From assembly GCA_025355175.1 (NCBI GenBank), contig JANYAF010000181.1:1-49159 (forward strand): a DNA stretch of 49,159 nucleotides. Direction: 5' to 3'. The DNA is from Deltaproteobacteria bacterium (GTDB lineage: Bacteria; Desulfobacterota; Syntrophia; Syntrophales; Smithellaceae). Positions 37,613 to 45,874 of the stretch are shown one piece after another (position 1 is the first letter of the stretch; each line of letters starts with the position of its first letter). A model generated the notes under the pieces. The model worked only from the letters and a program-made list of their open reading frames with translations, was not told the origin of the DNA and ran no database searches. Made by a program: the position numbers and the translations under genes.

Positions 37613-38799
37613 GCACGGAACTTAAAAAGGCGCTGTATAACATATCTGCCCTGGCAGACCTGGGACAGGCCATCACCTCTGAAAACGATTTCCATGAAAA
37701 GATTCAGTCGGTGCTTTATGTAATCACCGGCACATTTCTGGCGAATAAGGGCGCACTCCTCTTTTATGACAAACCCACAAACAAACTGAATACTCTGACA
37801 CAAAAGGGTTTTGCCCCGGCTGACCTGGACCGGCTCAACCCTGAAGAACTGATGTCGCTCGGCAGAAACGAACCTTACCTCATCGGAGACGACCCCGTCC
37901 TGGCAGTTGCCGGAGCAGAAATCCTGGCGCCCCTGTGGGTAAGGGACGAGTTTATTGGCGCTCTCCTTCTGGGCGGCAAATTAACTGTCGGCCCTTATAC
38001 ACTGGAAGACCTTGAACTTCTCAACGTCATTGCAAACCAGATCGCAATCGCATTGAACAACCACTCCCTTTTCATGGACCTTTCGGACAAGCTCGAAGAA
38101 AACCGGAGACTTTATGAAGAGATGAGGCATATCTACCACGGCACGCTCCAGGCCTTTGCCGCAGCGATTGATGCAAAAGACGCCTATACGAAAAACCATT
38201 CCCACCGGGTCGCGAAGTATTCAGCCGCGATTGCGCGTGAACTCGGATGGGACGAGCATGAGATAGAAGGCATGTACGTGGCGGGGTACCTGCATGATGT
38301 CGGCAAACTGGCGATCAGTAACACCCTGTTGAACAAGGTAACCCCCTTTACCCCGGAGGAACGCGAAGAAATAAGAAAACACTCGACCTTGTCCCACAGC
38401 ATCACGGCAAAGATAAAATTCCCGTGGAAAAACGTCGAGGATATGGTCTGGCACCACCACGAACGTCTTGACGGACGCGGGTATCCCGAGGCTCTCGCCC
38501 AGGAATCGTTGAGCGACGGGGTCAGGATACTCAGCCTTGCCGATTCGTTCGATGCGATGACTTCTCAGAGGCCCTACAGGGAGAAAATGGACGTGCAGTC
38601 TGCGATTGGCGAATTAAGAAAAAACTTGGAAAGTCAGTTCGATCATAAGGTCATGCTCGTATTCTGTAAGGTTCTGGACAAGGAAATAAAAGGCGAGCTG
38701 CCGGAGCCGGATATCCTGCCTCACCTCGACAGGGATTCGGACCTCTCCGTCATTTCCGCCCTGTTGGAAGGCATAATCGCAGAACTCTCTACGCCGTAA
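37609..38799 (+). CDS. GAF-domain HD-GYP phosphohydrolase
   Basis: ATGA overlap with the STAS gene. N-terminal GAF-like region, then HSHRVAKY, YLHDVGKLAI and HHHERLDGRGYPEAL (HD-GYP). Confidence 0.85.
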   Translation: MSTELKKALYNISALADLGQAITSENDFHEKIQSVLYVITGTFLANKGALLFYDKPTNKLNTLTQKGFAPADLDRLNPEELMSLGRNEPYLIGDDPVLAVAGAEILAPLWVRDEFIGALLLGGKLTVGPYTLEDLELLNVIANQIAIALNNHSLFMDLSDKLEENRRLYEEMRHIYHGTLQAFAAAIDAKDAYTKNHSHRVAKYSAAIARELGWDEHEIEGMYVAGYLHDVGKLAISNTLLNKVTPFTPEEREEIRKHSTLSHSITAKIKFPWKNVEDMVWHHHERLDGRGYPEALAQESLSDGVRILSLADSFDAMTSQRPYREKMDVQSAIGELRKNLESQFDHKVMLVFCKVLDKEIKGELPEPDILPHLDRDSDLSVISALLEGIIAELSTP

Positions 38800-38804
38800 G
38801 AGAA

Positions 38805-39596
38805 CTATAGCTGGACGACAATAACGGTTACGTCGTCATTCCCACCGTTCCGGATGGCTGCCTGCACCAACTCGTCGCACGTTTTCTGGGGCGGAGCATT
38901 TGCTGTAAGTATCTCCTCGATTTCATGATCCGTTGCAAGATCATGAAGACCATCCGTACAGAGCAGAAAAACATCCCCGCGCTCTACATTCTCCACCCTG
39001 GTAAATACTTCAGCCAAATCATCATAGCCCCCCAAGGCTTGCGTTAATATATAACCATAGTAAAGGCTGCTTTCATGCCCCGGTCGGACTTGACCTAGGT
39101 CGATTAAAGTTTGATTTTTCGTATGATCAACCGTCATTCTTTCAAATGAATTTTCCCGGTAGCGATAGATCCGACTATCCCCAATATGTGCAATGAGCGC
39201 TTTTTCATCTGTAAGCACCAACGCGGATAAGGTCGTCCCCATCCCGCGTAATTCTTTCTTCTCCTTTGCGGCATTGATAATGCGATTATGCGCCGACCAA
39301 ATCGCCTTCTCCAGTTTCCGCATTTTCAATTCAGGGTCATCCCCGATATTCTGAAGGATATTCTGAAGTAGGCAATCATCATGATAGTATGCCGCAACGG
39401 TTTCTTCGCAGGCCATTTTGCTGGCAACTTCCCCGGCCGCATGGCCCCCCATACCGTCAGCAACCCCAAAAAACATACCATACTTTTGCAGATTGTAATG
39501 ATTACAGCGCTGGTCAACAATTAAAAAACTATCCTCGTTGTTGCGCCTTTGAAGACCGATATCCGACTTTTCATAATGCCTGACGTTTTCGAACAT
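38805..39596 (-). CDS. PP2C-family (PPM) Ser/Thr protein phosphatase
   Basis: GLQRRNNEDSF, VADGMGGHAAGEVAS, LCTDGL and GGNDDVTVIVV motifs. It is convergent with the HD-GYP gene, with a 5-bp gap. Confidence 0.9.
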   Translation of the reverse strand: MFENVRHYEKSDIGLQRRNNEDSFLIVDQRCNHYNLQKYGMFFGVADGMGGHAAGEVASKMACEETVAAYYHDDCLLQNILQNIGDDPELKMRKLEKAIWSAHNRIINAAKEKKELRGMGTTLSALVLTDEKALIAHIGDSRIYRYRENSFERMTVDHTKNQTLIDLGQVRPGHESSLYYGYILTQALGGYDDLAEVFTRVENVERGDVFLLCTDGLHDLATDHEIEEILTANAPPQKTCDELVQAAIRNGGNDDVTVIVVQL

Positions 39597-39668
39597 ATAT
39601 TATTTTGTCCTTGTTCACTCAACTTTAGCACACGCTCCTGCGCTTCTATCTATTTTTCTGAAGATTTC

Positions 39669-40766
39669 TTAATGGAATTTTTTTGCTACTTCATAGAGTT
39701 CTTTTTCTATTTCAGTAAACGCATCAACGACGTCCGGATCAAAGTGGGTAGCGTATCCATTCTTGATCATGTCGACTGAAAGCTCATGCGGAAAGGGCTT
39801 TTTATACACACGGCGGGTAATGAGGGCATCATAAACATCGGCAACAGCCATTAACCGAGCAGCGATGGGTATATCATCACCCGATAATCCCTCCGGATAG
39901 CCGCTGCCATCCCATTTTTCCTGGTGTGAGTACGCTATTTCGCGCGCAAAAGTAAGAAACGAGGTGGGCGATTCAAGCCGGTTTTCTGCCGCAATAATTG
40001 CGTCACGTCCGTATGTCGTATGCTTCTCCATAATCTCAAACTCTTTAGGGGTCAGCTTCCCCGGTTTCAATAAAATATTGTCGGGAACCCCGACCTTCCC
40101 GATATCATGAAGAGGGGCTGATTTATAGAGCAGGTCAATGTTCTCGTCGGTCAAAAACAATTTAAATCTTGGATTATATTTCAATTTCATGGCCAACATT
40201 TTTACATACTGCTGGGTTCGCCTGATGTGGTTGCCTGTTTCACTATCACGCGTTTCAGCCAGAGAACCCATCGCGATCATGGTAACATCCTGTATTTCAA
40301 CGACCTGCTGCGTCCGCCGTGCTATTTCCTGTTCAAGGAATAAATTTTTATCGATTAGATAATCCCTGGAATCTTTTAATAGAATATGGTTCTTGATCCG
40401 GGCAAGCAGGATAGGTGCGCTGATCGGCTTTGTAATGTAGTCAACAGCCCCGAGTTCAAAGCCCCTTTTTTCATCTTCCACATCAGATTTTGCCGTCAGG
40501 AAAATGACGGGGATTTTCGCCGTTTTTGGGTCTTTCTTAAGGAGGCGACAAACCTCGTAACCATCCATACCCGGCATCATCACATCGAGAAGAATAAGAT
40601 CGGGTGGATCTTCCGAGGATGCTATTTTTAGGGCTTTTCCGCCATCAGTAGCATTTTTTATTCTGTAGGCGTCTTTGAGCAGCCTGCCCATTAACACGAT
40701 AATATCAGATGAGTCATCTACAAGAAGGAGCGTGTATCTTTTCGGAGATTCAGTCAGTTCGGACAT
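39669..40766 (-). CDS. response regulator with HD-GYP output (RpfG family)
   Basis: REC domain LLLVDDSSD...DLILLDVMMPGMDG...KS, then PLHDIGKVGVP and HQEKWDGSGYPEGL. Confidence 0.9.
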   Translation of the reverse strand: MSELTESPKRYTLLLVDDSSDIIVLMGRLLKDAYRIKNATDGGKALKIASSEDPPDLILLDVMMPGMDGYEVCRLLKKDPKTAKIPVIFLTAKSDVEDEKRGFELGAVDYITKPISAPILLARIKNHILLKDSRDYLIDKNLFLEQEIARRTQQVVEIQDVTMIAMGSLAETRDSETGNHIRRTQQYVKMLAMKLKYNPRFKLFLTDENIDLLYKSAPLHDIGKVGVPDNILLKPGKLTPKEFEIMEKHTTYGRDAIIAAENRLESPTSFLTFAREIAYSHQEKWDGSGYPEGLSGDDIPIAARLMAVADVYDALITRRVYKKPFPHELSVDMIKNGYATHFDPDVVDAFTEIEKELYEVAKKFH

Positions 40767-40833
40767 GACACCTCCGCAAATAGCAATAATGGTTTACTAA
40801 AAGGAATTTTTTCATGGATACTTATATGATATC

Positions 40834-42936
40834 TCACGTAATGTCATGGCCTTCACGAATTTTCTCAAATACCTGTTGCGCCCTTTGATAAACCGGACTG
40901 ATTGAAATGGCCTTTTGGGCAAATTGCTCTGCGTCTGAATATCTGCCGAGTCCCAGAGATGTTTCCGCCAGACCGCAATACAGATCCGGATAGAGCAAAT
41001 TGAATCGCTCCAGAGCGTATCCATGTACAATCGCTTCCGTAAATCTCTCCTGTTCTTTCAAAAGATTAAACAGATTCAGCCTGGCTTTTATATAATTCGG
41101 ATTCAATCTGACCGCTTCCGTAAAGCATATTTCTGCATCCTTGATGTGATCGAGTTTTTTATACAGGATCCCCAAAACATAGTGAATGTCCGAGTATTCG
41201 GGGAACGTGAATTTGTAATCTTTAAACAGAAGCACCAGAGCTTCCATGTTTTCTCTGGGGAATACTCCTTTTTCAACAATAGTCATAATATCATTCAGGT
41301 TCGGGCTGATACTCAGATGCGTTATAAATCCCTTGACGAGTTCATCAATCTGATCACTATTGCCAATGTAGGAAGAAAACAAGGGGAGTATTTTAGCAGA
41401 TTCATAGCCATGCATTGCAATAATATTTTGTCCGGCTTCAACCAGAGCCAGCAAATCTTTGTCGGACGGGTTTAATCGGCTGGCACGTTGAAGCATGCTC
41501 AGGGCAAGGTCATATTGCTTTTGCTGGCAATAGAGAACGCCTAATTTCAAAATAGCATCGCTATATCCCGGATTAATCGTGACGGCCTTTTCCAGTTGCT
41601 CGATTGCCTTGGGGATTTGCTTATTGCCGGCGTGGATGATCCCCAGATAATAATAAACATCTGCAAATGCTGGCCTCTTATCCAGAATATACAACAGATT
41701 TCTTTCCGCTTCATCATACTGACCGGCAAATCCCTGACTGATTCCCAACTTGATTCGCGCCTCTGTGTAATCGGGATTGGCATCGACCGCTTTCTGAAAA
41801 CTGCTGATGGCCTGCTCGATTTTGCACTGGCCTAAATGAATGACCCCCAACCGATAGTAAGCGTCCGCATAGGTTGGGTGCGTTTTCATCATCTTTACCT
41901 GTTGGGAAGCTGCCGAATCCCAAGAGAAAAGCCCCGGCAAAACCGTCAGCAGCGATACGGTAGCGACCTTTTCCAGCAGACGTGCGGTCCGCTTGATACC
42001 GTAAGGCTGAATACTCTGCCAGTCATTGACGCCTGTATTGGTGGTAAATCCGAGCAAATACCCGGAAGATGATGCTATTCTTGGTGTTTCCTCGGTGATA
42101 TAAATGAGTTCGCCAACCGGATAAGAGATGCTCAGAACCGGCTGTCCGATATTCTCTTCGATAATCAATTTGGATAATATCATTTCTTCTTTTTGAGAAC
42201 TGGGGTTGATCGTGGATAACACCCGATGGGAATGGGTGTGAGAACCAATAGCGATCTGATGTTGCGCCATTTCCCGAATTTCTTCCCAGGTGAGAATTTC
42301 CTTATCCTGCAACTCAAGGGCCGGAAATGCAACGTCGCAGGCTTCAGAAAGTTCGTTCAGCAGATACTTGGTATGCTCATACTGCTCCTGTCTCATCATG
42401 AGCAGAAAAAAGGCGATGGCATCCTTTCTCTGATCACCCATCGGAAATTGTCTGCCGCCAAAACTGATGAAAGGTTTTTCGCAGCGTTTGATGAGATAAG
42501 CAATGATGTCCCACCAGGACATCTGCCGGGTATTAACCATCTGGGTCGTCACAAACAGAATGGCGGGAACTTCATAGTATTTTAATATCGGATAAGCGAG
42601 AGTATAATTGTCACGATATCCATCATCGAACGTTATCACCACGCAGGGCGCGGATGTCTTTGGAGAAAAAAACCTCCCGTCCTTGTAGTGGTCAAGAAGA
42701 TCCCTTTCAGACATTACAAGCGTGTTGTTTTTTAGCCACTTGACCTGCCTGGCAAACTCATCTGAATTTAAACCGTAGACCCCGTCGTCAAAATCCGTGT
42801 AAAACAGAAAATCACTCGGTCGGATGCGATGATAATTCAGAATGATCAGCTTATTTCTCATCGGCAGGCGCTTGAACAGGTTGACGAGATTGGAATTGTG
42901 CAGGATATTGGCCAGAAGTGCTTTTTTTCCTTCCAT
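40834..42936 (-). CDS. polysaccharide deacetylase (NodB) domain protein fused to TPR repeats
   Basis: ILNYHRI, VITFDDGYRDNY and IGSHTHSH in the N-terminal half. The C-terminal half carries multiple 34-aa TPR units (YYRLGVIH..A..F.KA...NP). Confidence 0.8.
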   Translation of the reverse strand: MEGKKALLANILHNSNLVNLFKRLPMRNKLIILNYHRIRPSDFLFYTDFDDGVYGLNSDEFARQVKWLKNNTLVMSERDLLDHYKDGRFFSPKTSAPCVVITFDDGYRDNYTLAYPILKYYEVPAILFVTTQMVNTRQMSWWDIIAYLIKRCEKPFISFGGRQFPMGDQRKDAIAFFLLMMRQEQYEHTKYLLNELSEACDVAFPALELQDKEILTWEEIREMAQHQIAIGSHTHSHRVLSTINPSSQKEEMILSKLIIEENIGQPVLSISYPVGELIYITEETPRIASSSGYLLGFTTNTGVNDWQSIQPYGIKRTARLLEKVATVSLLTVLPGLFSWDSAASQQVKMMKTHPTYADAYYRLGVIHLGQCKIEQAISSFQKAVDANPDYTEARIKLGISQGFAGQYDEAERNLLYILDKRPAFADVYYYLGIIHAGNKQIPKAIEQLEKAVTINPGYSDAILKLGVLYCQQKQYDLALSMLQRASRLNPSDKDLLALVEAGQNIIAMHGYESAKILPLFSSYIGNSDQIDELVKGFITHLSISPNLNDIMTIVEKGVFPRENMEALVLLFKDYKFTFPEYSDIHYVLGILYKKLDHIKDAEICFTEAVRLNPNYIKARLNLFNLLKEQERFTEAIVHGYALERFNLLYPDLYCGLAETSLGLGRYSDAEQFAQKAISISPVYQRAQQVFEKIREGHDIT

Positions 42937-42958
42937 CGTGAATCACCACCTAAACTGT

Positions 42959-43675
42959 TTATCTTTCAGTGAGTTTGATCATAACTTTCTTGGCGCGTTC
43001 AAATATTTCTTCGTCCAAGCCGTGCAACCACTCTGTTCGTCCCTGCTTGATGTATATATCAAAGTAAATTATGAGAGCAGATAAAATACCATTTAAGCTC
43101 CGGATATCCATTTCCTCATCGGGGCGAAGGCATATCTCGCTTGCAACATGATTATCATCAAGCCGCTGTAATTTCTTTTCAACGGGCGAATCTGCCTGAT
43201 CTACTCCCCGGATTCCTTCCTCCGTATTAAACGGTACGCTGACCCATTTTGTAACCCTGGTCCAATTTAACCGCGTCTCCTGATTCTTTCGTCTATCTCT
43301 CCCTTGACGCCTTTCAATGATTTTCTCTTGGAAAAAATCCAATGAATATGAGTCCCTTCGATCGCTCTCTTCACGACGGTCGAAACCCGTTCTTTTAAAA
43401 TCATTCAGGAAATAGAAAGAAAAAAAGTAAAACGCCGATGCATTGTGTATTTTTAAGTCGTCAAAAAATATTTCTTTGAACGCGATTTTGGCAACGGAAT
43501 CGAAATTGTTATAGGCTCCCCATAAATAAGCGGTGATTGCCGAGATGTAATCGGCTCCCCCGATCGCCCCCATTATTGTTGCTTTGATCTCTTTTTTCGC
43601 ATATGGCGGTTTGAGGCGTTGAGATAAAATATCCTTTATCACCTCATAAAAATTAATTTCCTGTCCCATGCTCAA
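42959..43675 (-). CDS. hypothetical protein with an Arg-rich (D/E)RR repeat segment
   Basis: 238-aa ORF, 22 nt upstream of the deacetylase-TPR gene on the same strand. Its central segment is DRREESDRRDSYSLDFFQEKIIERRQGRDRRKNQ. I recognise no family. Confidence 0.5.
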   Translation of the reverse strand: MSMGQEINFYEVIKDILSQRLKPPYAKKEIKATIMGAIGGADYISAITAYLWGAYNNFDSVAKIAFKEIFFDDLKIHNASAFYFFSFYFLNDFKRTGFDRREESDRRDSYSLDFFQEKIIERRQGRDRRKNQETRLNWTRVTKWVSVPFNTEEGIRGVDQADSPVEKKLQRLDDNHVASEICLRPDEEMDIRSLNGILSALIIYFDIYIKQGRTEWLHGLDEEIFERAKKVMIKLTER

Positions 43676-43991
43676 GCTCCTTTGCTACGGATAGACGAAA
43701 GATTGCACTATGTTTTAAGGGCACGGTTTTTTTGATAAAAACTTATTTTTCTGCGGGAGGAGCATACGAAGACGGGCCTTGTTTGTCAAGGAGATTTTAT
43801 CGCCAATATCGCCTTGCCCTACAAGACCGACAGTCTCTAGACGCCCTTCTTCCAAAAAGGAAACTCTTAATCAGATTGCCCCATCCAGATCTCTAACGCA
43901 TGATGATTAGGTGCGAATTCTGACATTTCCCGACTTTTTACGGGTTCGTCAAGGATGAACGCAGTTTTTTTCCCTGCACGATGAACGGAAC

Positions 43992-45461
43992 CTAGGCGTC
44001 GAGGCGGTACCCCTGCTGTGTAAACAACTTCAAACAGACGTCAACCACCGTGGCGTCGTAGAGACTCCCCCTGTTTTCCCGAATCTCGTCCAGGGCTTTC
44101 TCAATGCCAAGAGAGGGCCGGTAAGGCCGGTGAGATCCCATGGACTCGACGACGTCCGCAACACCGATGATCCGCGCTTCCAAGAGAATCTGATCCCCCG
44201 AAAGTCCACGGGGGTACCCCGAACCGTTCATGCGTTCATGATGTTGAACGATAATGTCGGCAACGGGATAATCGAAGGCGATGCCTTTGAGTATCCCATA
44301 TCCGGCCTCCGTATGATCCCTCAAGATATTTAATTCGTTCTCGCTTATCATTCCCGGTCTGCTCAGGAATTCGGCGGGAACATAGATTTTGCCGATATCA
44401 TGAAGCATGGCGGCAATCCGGACGGCCTTGAGATGATCGTCCGTAAAATGCATTTCTTTCGCGATGGCGATGGCCAGTTCCGTCACCCGCTCCTGGTGAC
44501 CTGCCGTGTAGGGATCCCTGACTTCGATGGCCGTGCACAGTGCTCTGGTGATGCCGTCCATCACTTCGTCGGTTTTCCTTGATGAAATATCCTCAACGGT
44601 GCCCTCATAAAAGAGGTAATTGCCCCGGTCGTCATGCACGGCCCGGACATTCAGGCAAACCCAAACCTTGTCGCCGTCTTTTTTCACATACTGGGTTTCA
44701 AACCCCTTCACCCGGCCGTTCGCCTTCAGCAAATTCCTGAATACAAGGCGTTGCCTCGGATCAGCAAAAAGCAGCTCCTCCATGTTCGACGCGACGGACA
44801 TGAATTCTTCCGGTGAGTCATAGCCCAACATGCGGGTAATGGCATTGTTCGCCAGAGTATAGGTTCCTTCGGCCGTCGTCTGGAAAATACCCTCGACGGC
44901 GTCCTCGACGATGCTCCGGTATCTGGTTTCGCTCTCCCGCAGGGCCTCTTCCGCAATCTTGCGCTCTACAATCTCAAAGAGCAGGTCTTCATTGACTTTC
45001 TGTAGCTCTCGCGTTCTCTGGCGGACCTTTTCTTCGAGTATTTCCCGAGACCGGTGATCTTGCTTTTCCGCTTCTTTGTGAAGCGTGACGTCGGTTCCGA
45101 TGCAGAGGATCTCCGCAATCTCTCCTTTCTCATCAAGGACGGCCCGATTCGTCCACAGGACCCAAACTCTGCTTCCATCTTTCCGCATATTTTCATTATC
45201 ATGGGTCTCATATTGCGCCGGGTTTTTCGAGATGGCCACCATGAAGTTCGACATGTCCCGTCCAGACGATTCCATCTCCGGCAGGATCGTACCCCTTATA
45301 TTTTTCCCGATGATCTCTTCTTGGGTAAAACCGAAAAAGGTCTGTCCGAATGGGTTCATGTACAGGATCTTCCCTGTGCTACCGATCCGCAGGATGATGC
45401 TGTTGGCGTTCTCGATGAGATTACGGTACTCTTTCTCATGCTGTTTCAGATCGTTTTTCAC
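43992..45461 (-). CDS. PAS-PAS HD-GYP phosphohydrolase
   Basis: Two PAS blocks (YRNLIENANSIIL, YRSIVEDAVEGIF), then HQERV, MLHDIGKIYVP and QHHERMNGSGYPRGL. Confidence 0.85.
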   Translation of the reverse strand: MKNDLKQHEKEYRNLIENANSIILRIGSTGKILYMNPFGQTFFGFTQEEIIGKNIRGTILPEMESSGRDMSNFMVAISKNPAQYETHDNENMRKDGSRVWVLWTNRAVLDEKGEIAEILCIGTDVTLHKEAEKQDHRSREILEEKVRQRTRELQKVNEDLLFEIVERKIAEEALRESETRYRSIVEDAVEGIFQTTAEGTYTLANNAITRMLGYDSPEEFMSVASNMEELLFADPRQRLVFRNLLKANGRVKGFETQYVKKDGDKVWVCLNVRAVHDDRGNYLFYEGTVEDISSRKTDEVMDGITRALCTAIEVRDPYTAGHQERVTELAIAIAKEMHFTDDHLKAVRIAAMLHDIGKIYVPAEFLSRPGMISENELNILRDHTEAGYGILKGIAFDYPVADIIVQHHERMNGSGYPRGLSGDQILLEARIIGVADVVESMGSHRPYRPSLGIEKALDEIRENRGSLYDATVVDVCLKLFTQQGYRLDA

Positions 45462-45874
45462 AGTCTTTCATCCCTTCATAAAAACTCGCTTTTTGTGGAA
45501 GTCAGTATAGGAATTTCAGGCTTTTCTGTCAATTAAAACTTACCACAAGATGTGGGGTGCTGTGCCAATGACCCGCTCTATCCTGGACAACGGACGGGTC
45601 TTCGATGGACATCTTTTTATCCTTGCATTTATTAAGCAGTTGATACATGCTCCAATCAGTATAGGGCCTCGGAAAAATTGGGGAATTTGAACCATGAAAT
45701 ATAAAACCAATCCCGGGCACAGCTCTGCTACCTGAAGGACGATCATACCTGCGGCGCGGTTAACGAAAATAAGCCCCGCGAGATCGTCAGCCAACATCTC
45801 TCTAAGGAGGTGGACGAAAAGATCCGAGAGGAGATTCGCGCATGGGTAATCAATCGACCATTCAACTATACAAA

